A stretch of 20,000 nt of DNA from Halocafeteria seosinensis (taxonomy: Eukaryota), in the NCBI GenBank assembly GCA_001687465.1, contig LVLI01000069.1:116492-136491 (forward strand), given 5' to 3'. Positions 1 to 13,686 of this stretch are shown one piece after another. Each line of letters begins with the position of its first letter. The stretch's first letter is position 1. Both the position numbers and the translations under genes were made by a program. The notes under the pieces are model-generated. The model ran no database searches. It had not been told where the DNA came from and saw nothing but the letters and a program-made list of their open reading frames with translations.

Positions 1-862
1 GCTGGCTATGGCTGACATTTGGACGTATGTACCTCAAAATATTTGTACTTATGATCTGATGAGATATGGAACAGTTTGTTACTCATTCTTCTTTCATCCT
101 CCCATACTTCACAGAAATAGCGTCGTTCTGGACCGCCAACGAGACGTTCTCTGGCTTCTTTGCTGATACCTTCTGGTACCGGGGTGGCCCGCTTCTCTTC
201 TATGGGTTGCTGACTCATTTACTTTCGGTGGTAATGATCGCCGCGCTATGTCACTTCCACATTTCTTCATGTGCCCTGGAGGGTGGCACAACGAATGAGG
301 TGGGTTTGAATCCCGCTATTAGGTGTTTGCTGCGTCATTATTCTAGATCGTTGACTGCATTGTGATGCAGATGATGAATCGTGAAAGATATGAGTACTTG
401 AATCTTGATGTTATCCGCTATCGTCCGGGTTCAGAAAATGCAAGCAGTCCGATACCGTTAGAAAAACTGGCATTTTCACCCGAACACCCAATGGAGAGAA
501 TTCAGAAGGAATTGAAGAGCGGGGCAAAACTTACGCAAGAGCAGCAAAACCCCTTCTCTAAGCCCAGTCGTTGGCGTAATATGAAGACTTTTTTTCGTTT
601 AGAGGAGCCTATTCGCATATCAATTGTTGCGGCGATGCTGCGACGTATGCGAGTACGCCTACTACGGGACATGTGGTCCACAGCCTGCAAAGAGTTAGGA
701 ATAGATGATGCGGACGGGGAACAGCCGTACAATCCTCCCAAACAAGTCCAGGAAATAATGGCCGCGTTTGCTGCAGGAAGGGGTTCAAGCGCTCCTGTTT
801 CACCCCAGCCAGAGGCAAATTCCGAAAATCCCGAAGATGGTTATCCTGCTATCCCCGTATAG
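1..862 (+). CDS. 3' part of a DHHC (zDHHC) protein S-palmitoyltransferase, 5'-truncated by the window; exons <1-24, 115-299, 371-862
   Basis: Splicing GT-AG introns 25-114 and 300-370 gives WLWLTFGQIASFW...[TM: LLFYGLLTHLLSVVMIAALCHFHI]...GGTTNE|MMNRERYEYL...NPFSKPSRWRNMKTFF. This matches the TTxE motif after TM4 and the NPF..N...FF (PaCCT) motif of DHHC PATs. TTNExxNxxRYxYL is typical of Akr1/TIP1/ZDHHC17-like members. The DHHC motif itself is upstream of the window. Confidence 0.8.
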
Positions 863-1057
863 ATACACCTGAGCTCTTTAGTCGTCGATTCCGAAGGCTT
901 GTCGGGAGAGGGCATGGTCTGCAGAGCGTTGGACTGCGGTGGAGCTTCATTTGCATGCCTCTTGTACAGTGACGGTTATTCACCCCAGTCTCTACTAACA
1001 AAAGAGTGGATATCTAATCTAACTGTCCACAACTTGGATGCATTGAGAAGCTTCCCG

Positions 1058-1703
1058 CTACGGCGACTGGGTACCTCGTCTTCTGCTCTCACACATTCCT
1101 TCTGCAAGCAAACCAATGGTGGTGGTTACGCTCAGCTTGCAAGTCTCCGACTCATCATACTCGTCAATACACAAACACATACGTTCCATGGGTAATGGGT
1201 CCAGAATGTGTGGGTTCAGACCACAATCAGCGGGGTTCCCCAACGGCGGATTTCCATACTTGGCATAGAAGCAAAACGATAGCGACGGATCTGTTTTGTT
1301 CGCTAATTGAATAGAGTACCAACCATCATCCACAAACGTTGCACCTCTGAAAACAAAGGATGTGTTTTAGATAGGGACTTTGCATTTACGTGTGGACGTA
1401 AAGAAGCGCCTTACAGTCACTTACTCTCCTTTCCAGGTCAGACATGTTGAGAACTCATTCTGATAATTCACACAGTACCGCACATCTCCTTTGGGATCCC
1501 GTAAGTCATAAGAGAAGCATTCACCTGTAAGGTTGTATCTCCATTGTTTTCTGTCGAAGTGAGAAAAGCGAAAATTCTCGTAACATGTACCATTCAAAGC
1601 AATTTGGAATTGTTTTGAAAGACTTACGCAAGATTTTTTGGTAGGTGTGCCACGAAGTGTTTAAGACAATGATGAATACAATGAAACCCAGAAACCGATT
1701 CAT
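1058..1703 (-). CDS. Hypothetical small secreted/signal-anchored protein with 6 Cys (about 127 aa); exons 1703-1628, 1524-1425, 1346-1183, 1101-1058
   Basis: Three introns with strong donors (GTAAGT, GTAAGT, GTATGT) and YAG acceptors join phase-compatibly into MNRFLGFIVFIIVLNTSWHTYQKILR-ECFSYDLRDPKGDVRYCVNYQNEFSTCLTWKGEGATFVDDGWYSIQLANKTDPSLSFCFYAKYGNPPLGNPADCGLNPHILDPLPMEQGMCESRRRGTQSP*. The N-terminus is hydrophobic. No family recognised. Confidence 0.65.
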
Positions 1704-1967
1704 GATTGGTTTGTAAAACTGCAGAAGTTCTTATCTAAAAACCGAAAATGCACCATTGGCATCAAATACGACTGAAATCGCCCTCTTTAAGCCTTTGGAG
1801 CTTCCAAAACTTGTTACTATTGAAGCAATCTTTTCTTTCACATCTGATTGGAATCTTTGATTGAGCGTCTTCTGCGTTCCACAGCGTTAGAAACGAGTGC
1901 ATTGCTTGCTGGTTGGGTATTATTAGGTACTTTTGGGAGCCTTGATTGACAGTTTGAAGAGGTGAAA

Positions 1968-4350
<2,383 letters not shown>

Positions 4351-4383
4351 CACGCAACAATCGGACCGCACCCCCGAGAATTT

Positions 4384-5775
4384 TCATGAAAGTTCACTGC
4401 GGCCGACTATATCTTGTGGGAGATCGCACTGCCGCTTGCTGCATAACTCAAACATCCTTCGAGGACGATTGCTTCGGAGATCAAGTACTTCGTTGGATAT
4501 GTGTTGGCGGTGCTGAACGAGATGAGGAAACAATCGCATTCCGATAACTTTTTCAACATCAGTAATTTCAACAACAAATTGCGACAGTGCAGTCCTCGCG
4601 TTGATGGGCTGATTCGGGATAACAAATGCGGCGACAGCCATTTCCGAAGTGCCTTGCTTTTCGGCGAGGATAACCTTGAAGAAATGAGTAGGCACGGCCA
4701 CCAAGTTGGGCGATTGGCCCACATATCCGTGGCGTAACTCCCACTTAGGGACAAGTATCTCCTGATTGGTTTGTGCGTCACTTTCTGTGTTCGGGTGCCG
4801 GTGGGTGGGCTTGAAGTACTCTTGCTGCAGTAGTTGCTGGTTCCGACTTCCTCTCCTCTTATCGTCGCTACTGGTCTCAGAATAGTACGGCGTTGGAAGA
4901 TAAAGGGGGCCGGTAAATACGTGTATTTCATCAAAATCCTGCACGATGCGTAACGGCATTCCATCAGCAATCTGTGCCTGGTATTAGAATACACATACCT
5001 GTTTCAAGCCCCTGACGAACATCTCAAGTCTCTTCCAGTAATTGCGGTTGAATCCTGCGAGTGCAGCAGCACATTTGGTTGACACACAGTTTCTTCGTGT
5101 CTTTTGCGTTGCACTCACCTGCTCCAATCTGGGGACTCATGTTGCTCAGAACGAACGTCGCGTCCATGGATTGCTGGTTTTCGGTATGGTTGGCTGCCGC
5201 GGCTTGGTGTCCTCGATCGTACCCTGAGCCTCTGCGTAATCCTAGCAACCAAGCACGTTGATTCCCACTTCCAACTCTGGCAGATATGAAAGCACTCACC
5301 GAAAGTCTTCCAGGCGATTTCGGAAGTCTGGTTCAAATGAGGTATCTTCATAAAACTTCGAGTTACTTCTCGAGGCCGTCGACGCGCCGCTAGATTCATT
5401 ATAGGACGACTGGGGCGAGGAACCTTCCAGAAAATGCCAGAGTTTCTTGAGAAAAGTGTCCGTGCTGCGAATGGAGCTCGAGGAATCGAACTCGAGATTC
5501 CCTCCAAAGTGCTCGTACACCCAACGGGGATTCCGGCGGCTCGTATCAAATGACACCACGATACGTCCATGTTTTCGCAGTCCGTCGATATTGGGACACC
5601 CATACTTCATTGATCTAAGCGCATCGATCTGTTGGGGAGGCATCTTGAGCTCTTCCATTAGCCATTGTTCAGGAAACATCCGCTGGTTCGAAATACCCCA
5701 TCCTAACCATAGTCCTCCGGTGGCCGCCGCCGCACTTGCTGCTAGACACGTCTGGAACTGTGTTCCCTTACCCAT
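4384..5775 (-). CDS. ENDOG: Endonuclease G / Nuc1-type DNA/RNA non-specific endonuclease; exons 5775-5300, 5231-5119, 5054-4999, 4938-4384
   Basis: Motifs RRNPRWVYEH, FRGSGYDRGHQAAAANH (catalytic DRGH), TFVLSNMSPQIGAGFNRNYWKRLE, VFTGPLYLP, VAVPTHFFKVIL and AFVIPN. The N-terminal hydrophobic/Gly stretch is consistent with mitochondrial targeting. Confidence 0.94.
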
Positions 5776-6009
5776 TGCAATGATATTTCATTGAGTACGA
5801 GCTGGATATTCTAAGTCGGCATTCGTAATGTTAATTGTATTTGGGACTACCGCTGGTCAACACTATTGAATACCCCTTGACTGTTTGACTACTGGTCACC
5901 GAGTGGACGGTACTGCGCCACGGTAGTCTATTTGTATTGGACAACTAGCGAAACATTGAATAAAACAAGTACGACGCAATAAATTGCGAATAAAAAACAA
6001 AGTGTCGTC

Positions 6010-8983
6010 TCATGTGAATTGGCCACATCTGAGGTTGGAGCCGATGGGGGCGGTTCCCAGGGTGACATCTCTACTTGCATACCTTTGCCTGGCACTTTCG
6101 GACGCAGCTGAGCGTCGGGGTCTCTTCGCAAGACCTGCTACTACGTCGCTTTGAGGGGTGGTGGACTTCTGATTTGTCTGGTTCTTGGCACGTTTCCTAG
6201 AAGCCGGAGAAGCGGGAGCGGATCCGACTGTAGCCATCAAACTACCACCGTACTTTTCTCTAGAACTTGCCAGTTTTGCTGTGCGTGAAGGCCGGCCCAC
6301 CGGCGTTTCGTCTCGCTGATTTCGAGAGTTTTCAAGTTGCCCATCGCAGTTATTTGACTGTCGCTTTGAGGAAGAAAGGCTTTCCTCTCCGGCGGCGTTC
6401 GAGGGTTGATCGCTGTTACCAGCATCTGAGGTGGGCTGACTTTGACGCTTACTCCCGTGGCTATGGTCCTCTAAATCAATTTGCGATATACGTCTTTCCC
6501 CACCAGATGTTACACTATCCTTGGACATGGCTTGACGTTTCCTTCTGGTACAACAACCGCTTGGTTCCTGCAGATGCAGAGCTTGGTGTTGTAACTGTTC
6601 AGCATCGCTCCAATACTCTCCTGTGCTATTATGCGATCGTAGTTCCCGTAGTACTCGGTTGCGGGAACGTTTAGCCCTTCGCTTTCGCTCTCTAGGTTCG
6701 CATTGCTCTTCCCGTGCATCTTCATTTTCATGGCCCTCTACTTGTGAGTGTTTCTTCTGAGTAGTATCCTTGGCAATTGGCTCGGAAGTCCCACGTTTCC
6801 GATTGTCTTCGTTCGAGTCCTCCTGCATGTCTACATTGTCAAATGAAAGTGCCATCTTGATAGGAGAGCTTTGGTCATTCCTGTTTCTGCCCAACCAGCT
6901 TTGTAGTACAGGAGGAGGCGTTGCTCCGGCAGTACTGTTATCTGTTTTCGGGGGAGACGACACAAATTCGAAGACATCAGAATCGGACTTAGAGGAGCCC
7001 GTCGCACTGGATTGGGGAGAGCCCACTAGGGTTTGAAAGCGATCATTGGTGGTAGGTGTCGCTGAGTCGCTGGAACTCGTTGGACTAACTGTTGCAGTGA
7101 CATCATTGCATTCACCTTCAAAAATATCGTCAATGTTTTCACCGCGGATAATTCTTTGCCACTTGGAGCGAGCAGCCTCGAGTTTTTCCGATCTACTCAG
7201 TGATCGATTACGGTTAGTAGGCCGTTGAGAGGAACGAGCCTGCTCGGTGTTAACTTGGGTTGCGCGCGAGCAGGTACTATCCGCACTAGCACCAGAAACA
7301 CTGCTGCGAATGCATTGGCGGTGTTCAGTGTTGCCTGAGCATATCGCACTTGAAAGTAGAAGTTTACCGCGGCGGCCACCTCCGTTGGCAGTAGTCGATT
7401 TCTTCACTGGGCCTTTTTCTTGCGGCGCTGACTGAGTTTTCTGAGGAGACACAAAGCATTGGGCCATGTCGGTATTCCTTCTGATTCGACGTTGAAGAAG
7501 ACGGCTTCTGACACTCCCTGTTTGCTTTGGAGGACTCGGTACCTGGTTTACTGTGCTCTGACTAGTTGATGGCTCTTCCTTCTCCGGAGTATCATAACTT
7601 GAGGGTGCAGGATTGGAGGACGCTTCATCCAATGAGTGGCCATCGTTGGCTTCCTTCTGCATCGAAAGGAATAACAGTGTCAGAAATTGTGTCACTGGGA
7701 ACACAACGAATGTCTGCTGTACATACCGCGCGGACAGATGACTCATGCTGATCAGGTTGTGGCGATAGATGGTCCGCTGAATTATCACTCACATCTCCCT
7801 CCTGTACCTAACAGGGACAGCAGATATTCTTTCCTGGGAGATGACACCGAGACACGCACGACTGAAAACTTACCACGAATCTAACACGCTTTTTCTTCTT
7901 CTTTGCACTAGTCGTCAAGCTACTGTTATTACTGCATGGAGAAGAGAACTCAGAGTTCCGCTTATTGGGGGTTCCTTTTGAGATATCAGCGGACGGTTCA
8001 GCAGTCGCAGTCGTAGCAGGCCCTGAGTTTGGAACAGGAGAAAGCGATTGAGAAGCCAATGGACTAGATTGGTGTGTCTCTAAGTTCCCCGCAGTGCAGC
8101 ATCGAGACTGATCCCTGGGGGAGGTGAAGGTTGGAGAGAGGCAAGTAGTGTCACTAGTTGATACAGGGGAAAACGGTTCACTGGGCACCAAGGATGCAGC
8201 GCTGGACACGCTGAAAGATTCACATTGGATTCGAGGCTCTTCAGGCACAGTTGACACCGTTGACGAGTAGTGTGCTTGAAGAGTAGTGCCCAGGTAACTG
8301 TCGTCGCTTTCCTTGTTCGGACAGCCGTTTGTTGTTGCGCCGGGCAAATCATTGAGATTATCTTCCAAAATTTCGTCAGGTTTGTCATCGCCGAATTCAG
8401 GAGACATAAAGTCCGCATCGAAATTGTCCTCCATATCAGAAGCATATGGCATTTCTTCGCCCATTTCCCAAGCATCGATGCCCGTATTCACCGCGTTGCT
8501 TGTTCCGTCAGATGCCGAATTAGTCGTCGTATTTGAAGCGCCTCTCGGCGGCACCGACTGCAGGGTTTTCTCCAGCGAAGACTCTGTCCAATGTGTTGCT
8601 TTACTTGCTTCTTTCGACAGACAAAAGTTTGCCTGCTGCATTAATGCCCTTGCACGCCCGGAACCCTCTGGGCGATGCTTTGTATATCGCGGGTTCTGAA
8701 ACTGGTGGCTGCTCGACATTATCTTGCCGTCCCCATCGCGGTTCTGCTGTTGGTCGAATTGGTGCTTTTGATGGCCTAAAAGAACAGCATTGGAGCCCTG
8801 AGGAGACAAATACGACGTCAATGAGCGCCCTGTAGATGAAAATGACGGCGAAGATACCCCATTGCTGGCCACGGATGAGACCAAACGATGCCCTCGAGAG
8901 CTCGTTGTCGACGGCATGCTGGCGCGCCCCTTATGTTGTGTCCTTGAGTAGTAGTATTGATCATGTGCAGGCGCTGCAAGCAT
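6010..8983 (-). CDS. Large Ser/Thr/Arg-rich, probably disordered nuclear protein (about 950 aa); exons ~8983-7874, 7807 (or 7801)-7727, 7656-6010
   Basis: The two long ORFs (7808-9028 and 6010-7788) join through a short phase-0 exon (VQEGDVSDNSADHLSPQPDQHESSVRA) using GTAAGT and GTATGT donors. The protein has NLS-like basic clusters, many SP sites and KKKKKRVRFV. The start ATG is uncertain (8983 or ~8917). Confidence 0.75.
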
Positions 8984-10135
8984 GATATATAGTGTATGTA
9001 GTCCCAAAAAGCGCCCTCGATAATTCAAATTCCAAAATGCAGTTCCAGCTTCCTACGCTCTATTTCTTTTCTTTTCCAACAGAGAAACCAAGGTAGAGTG
9101 ATACATTAAACTGGAAACTATTCATCAAACGAGGTCACGTTTGAAACACATCAAATTCGAGGCAAATATGGACTACGTAAGCCTTGTTTTAAATTTTTGG
9201 AACGATTTGAATCGAGTGAACGAAAAGTTTGCTGCTTTTCAACTCTTAATAAATCCGGTGGATTTGGGAAGTCCGCACATCCGCTACTGCTGATTTTGGA
9301 CGAGGAGTGTACAGGTCAATAACCAACGCTACTGCAGCTATTGAGCATTCGTGGAACCGTGGAGCGGAACGAAGACATTTGTACCCTCGCGATACCATAT
9401 ATTTGTGTGTCGTTGCCGTCGCTGCAACATGGTCGGGTTGTCAACTGCCATCGTTTACACCTGCAGGGAACCCAGCAAAAACTGGATGTTAACTCCTGGA
9501 GTAACAGAGGAATACTTGAATGAATGAAAGATTCATGAAGAACTCTGTAACTGGAAGGAACTCGTGGTCCAATATAGAAACAATGGCGAGGCTCAGAACA
9601 ATCAGTTACGAAATACCCCGGATATAACAGAGAGTGTACGACCGATGCTTTGCGAATTGGGGCCGCATGGCCTCTGTTCTGATTGTCGTGGCCTTGGTCG
9701 CTGTAATTGCCAGTATCCTGATGTATGCACCGCATGTCATGGAACAAGAGCCGCCCGACTCGTTATAAGAGGACCTCAGTCGACCTCAGGACCTAAGAGT
9801 TTGCAACGGAGCAACAATTGAACAAGTAGCTGCCATCAATGATAAGGGGTTCGGCTATTTCGATAGGCAAGTGAGGCACTGCTTCGTTTGGAAGATGCCG
9901 GACAGTTCCAATCAGCTCTTCATACACAGACATTTTCGAAAGTTCAGCTTGCTGAAGAGTGGCACACTGTGTGTTTAATCAGTAGTCCAGCTTCACACTC
10001 GTTGTTGTTTCCTCTCTTGGCTGTCGCACGTTGTGCACCGGCACTACCGACGAGTCACAGATCCTCAATAGGTCTCAGCACCGCACTTGAATAGTACCCA
10101 ATTTGCGGAGTGTTCCTTGTACGTTCTACATACGA

Positions 10136-13100
10136 TCATCTATCGGATTGTGGTTTACGCTTACTACTTGAAAATGTGGTCCCCAAATCATGCGTTGTTC
10201 GCATACTAACAGCAAGTTCGTCTCTCGTTCTGCGGAGAGATTCTGAACCAGACTTCCCTAGGACACCCGATACGTCCTTTTCATTCATTGCCCCCAAACG
10301 GCGAAGCGTAGCTTCTTTAGCTTTCGTGGAGCGCTTTACAGTGTCTACCAAACCGGTATTCTGCAACATTGACTAAGACACTTTAAATTCCCAAAAGCTT
10401 ATTTATTCCCACTATAATGCTTACCTCAGCCTCCGTCTGGTTCATCCTGTTGAACCTTTGTCGAAGCGTTTCGAGATGCTGTTGTTGCCTCGGGGGACCG
10501 CCTCTCCTTGCGCGGGCCTCGTCTTGCCGCAAGTTCCTGACACTGGCAGTGAAGGGTTCTGCAAGCTCCTCCGTGGCATGAAGGCGTTCTTCCCGAGAGC
10601 TCTGAGCAAAGAACTGTCTTTTGTTCTGGTCACGCTGAGAGATTATGAACTCCTCGGCTTCCTCAGCGGCTTGCTTGGCGTTTTCTTGTCGGTTCTTTTC
10701 CTTCTCAGCTTTCTCTCGCTTTTGCATTTTCTCGAATCGTAATTTACGAAGCCGCTCCTTTGCTTCCATAGCTTCTTTTTGCTTCTGTTCGATCTTAGCC
10801 TGCTCCTGTTTCGACCGGATGTCCCGCTCTTGAGCATTGATGTAATCTTCAAAGTGCTTCTCTTCCCGCTGCTTCTTCGCTTCTCCCAGGAACATGTTTT
10901 TCCGGCGAATCTCCTCACTCTCTTGTTCTAGAGCTTTCTGTTCCGCCTCGCGCTTCTCTCGCTTTTGCGCCAATTTCTCAGCCAGACTGAGGCAAGACTG
11001 ATCGTATTGTTTTTTCTTCTCTCTTTCCTCTTGTTCTTTCTGTTCAAAACTTTGTTTTCTTGCTTGACGATTTTGCTTACTCGCACTTTCGCGCACCCTC
11101 TTAATGGTATTGACCTTTTCCTTTATCGATTCCTCTTTTTGCCGCTTCTCTTGTCGAATGGCTTGCCGACGTTCTTCCTCTTCCTCAACCTCTCTAGCCT
11201 GTATCCAAACATGGAACTCTAATGGTTGACACGTGTCAACGTAACACCAAAAGCATGAACAGATACCTTGAGGAGTGAAAGTCTCTCACGCATCTCTATT
11301 AGCGACATTTCATCTAACAGGCCCGCGCCACTAGTTGTTGTGGGATCGAATTCTGCAGCGGCAAACTTAACGTGAAGGAACGACACTGGACCTTCGTTGG
11401 TATTACATACCCTTATATTTCTTCTTAGGTACCCGTTCAAGAGCGCGTATCTGTCTGATTAACTCTTCCCTTTCTTTCTGCTCTTCCTCTCGCTGTTTCT
11501 TAAGCTTTTCCTCCTCTTCCTCAATTTCACGTCGAACTGCCTCGCTCCGTTGTTTATTCTTCTTCACCACTTCCTCTTTAGCAGCTCGCGGGGCAGTTTG
11601 GCGAACCTCCTTGACTTCTTCCGCTACAGCTCTGTTTGACTCAATCTCCGCCTGTTTTTCAAGTTTGCGATATCGTTCTCCGAGGTTGCGCTCTTCACGC
11701 ATGGCAGATGCGACGCGGCGGTTTTCCTCCTGCTGCTGCTCAAGAGCTTTAGACGCATTCTCAGCAGCCTTCTCTAGTTCTTTCTTTCGGGCTTCAATTA
11801 GCTCCCGTTGTTCCTCTTCTTCGGCTTCCTTTAGTCGTTTTTGCCATTGCTCGAACTCCGAAGAATCCCTAAGATTAGCTTCGTATTCTTCTATTGTTTT
11901 CGCTTCCTCCTTTTGCCTCTTTCTGAAGAGCGCTTCTTCCCTAAGGATAGCGGCTACGTTCATTTTAATATCCGCACCCTCTTCAGGATATTCCGGCACC
12001 TGTTGCCTCAAGAGCAAAGAGGTTACTCCGGCGAAGGAAATATCCGTTGTCGCACCTTGCACGACTTACCGGATTCGCTTTGGGCTTATCAAACTGCAAC
12101 TCTCTGTCGCGTTCTGCTTCGATTTGTTGCTTCAGTTTCTCTGTATCTCGTCTAATTTCACTAAAGCGTGGAGCTTTTGCATTTTGATACTTTTTCTTCG
12201 TCTGTAACAGAATACAACAGCAATGGAGCATACCGGTCCATTAGTTTAATAAGTGTTGCTTACCTTTTCGGCGTTCTCTTGGGTTCGTTTCTTTCTTTCC
12301 TCTTCAATTTCCTTTAGCGACTTTTTATGAATATAGGACGGTACTTCGTTTGCCTGTATTTTCTTGGGGATTTTCTCAGGCTCCGGTAGAAACCGAGGTC
12401 GAGGTTGTGTCAGGTTAAACGGCTTCGGCTCGGTAGTTTTAGGCTTACTCTCCTGAGCTCGTGATTGTGATTCGTCCCCGTCTTTGCTACTGGAGCGCAC
12501 AGTACCACCACTATAAGCTGTGGATTGCTTTGCAACAATCCACTTTTCTGCGCGCTTCCGGTGCCTCTCCAAGCGCGCGAGGATATCCTTTTCTATGAAC
12601 GTCCTATCCAGAAATTTACACCATTCTTCCTTGCACCACTTTTCAAGAGTAGGTCTATCAAACACAAATTCCATCAATGTGACCATTGTCAACACTTCTT
12701 GAGAATTTAGCAACACACTGAGTTTCGACATTCCCAGTTCGTCGAGACGGAAGAGGATCAGGTAGGCAAAGATCTTCAACCTAGTATAGTCTCCCCTTTG
12801 CAAGGAATTGGTGCTAACGTGATAAAGAGCGGAAAGGAAGACCTGCATGTAGTTTAGAAGTAAAGTATATCATCAAAGTAATTTGATCCCGTGGAGTTAC
12901 ATTGTCGTGGGAAGAGTCCTACCTCCAAGACTTTCTTATATCGCAGGCATCCGTAGAAAGCTTGTTGAATAAACACCTTATCAAAATCTTCATTCTGTAC
13001 AGGGTTGGTCCACAAGACAAAGAAAAATATAATGAAATAACCTTGATAATGGATCCAATAGCAGCTTCACAGCAGGTGTCTCGGGCTCCATTATAGCTCT

Positions 13101-13376
13101 TACCTCATCGAATTCTCCTAAATTCTTATAGATATGTCCATCAGGGCTGTCAATAGTCGGTCGGAATGACTCCAGCAATTGCATAGCTTCATTGATTAAC
13201 TCTGCCGATGCCTCTCGAGCTTCTTGCTCGATGGCCTCCTGCTGCTGCGAGTCATACGTTCGGTCCCCTGCACGAGTGGTACGACTGGTGGTCGCTGTGC
13301 CACCATCAGCACTTTGACGCCTCTCTCGGGCACTCTGTGACGGCACAGTTTCATCGCCCTCGCCTGAAAAAGACAT
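10136..13376 (-). CDS. CFAP99: Cilia- and flagella-associated protein 99; exons 13376-13104, 12994-12923, 12842-12264, 12201-12070, 11999-11411, 11352-11267, 11198-10425, 10372-10136
   Basis: Recognised CFAP99 blocks: FIQQAFYGCLRY, IFAYLILFRLDELG, EEWCKFLD, TTEPKPFNLTQPRPR, MNVAAILREEALF, LRDSSEFEQWQ, LIRQIRALE and EFDPTTTSGAGLLDEMSLIEMRERL, followed by long E/K/R coiled coils. Seven GT-AG introns keep the frame. Confidence 0.88.
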
Positions 13377-13686
13377 TATTCACCACGGTAAAGCCCTACT
13401 TCAACCACACAGAATCCGGCTGCCGTTAATGCCGTATCTTCCTCTATCTCAAGCAAGCACCATATGCAGTTCTCTCCGCAGGGTGCGCATCTACACTAGC
13501 ACTATCTTACATACATATCGATACACGATCGTTCATCTTTGTATGCGTGCAGGTGATACAACGTACGGATGTTGAGGCATTGCTGACAGCCAGGAACACG
13601 ACAATCTTTTGTGATACTTTCGAAGGGAGGAGGACAAGGGGAATCCAAAGGGGCTGGAAATGGGTTGATTGTTTGGACGACTAAAA

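Noticed and set aside
7834..7873. Alternative acceptor giving a short isoform ending RVRFV-ERISAVPVRYRREM*
   Set aside because: It would need a 40-nt intron, shorter than any other modelled here (minimum about 52 nt), whereas the downstream acceptors keep the long frame open.
9564..9821. ORF with CSDCRGLG...CTACHG resembling a DnaJ-type zinc finger
   Set aside because: It starts at GTG, has no splice support, and overlaps a Val/Ala/Ile-rich frame whose codons generate TGT/TGC in the shifted frame, so the Cys pattern is probably a shadow.
9520..9978. Possible TAA stop-codon reassignment
   Set aside because: The long exons in the window (for example 1006 codons at 16982-20000) contain no in-frame TAA, and bL19 appears to end in TAA, so the standard code fits.
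13430..13684. Acceptor-like TGCGTGCAG followed by a 43-codon frame just upstream of bL19
   Set aside because: No phase-compatible upstream ATG exon was found and there is no recognisable product; it may be a 5'-UTR intron or chance.
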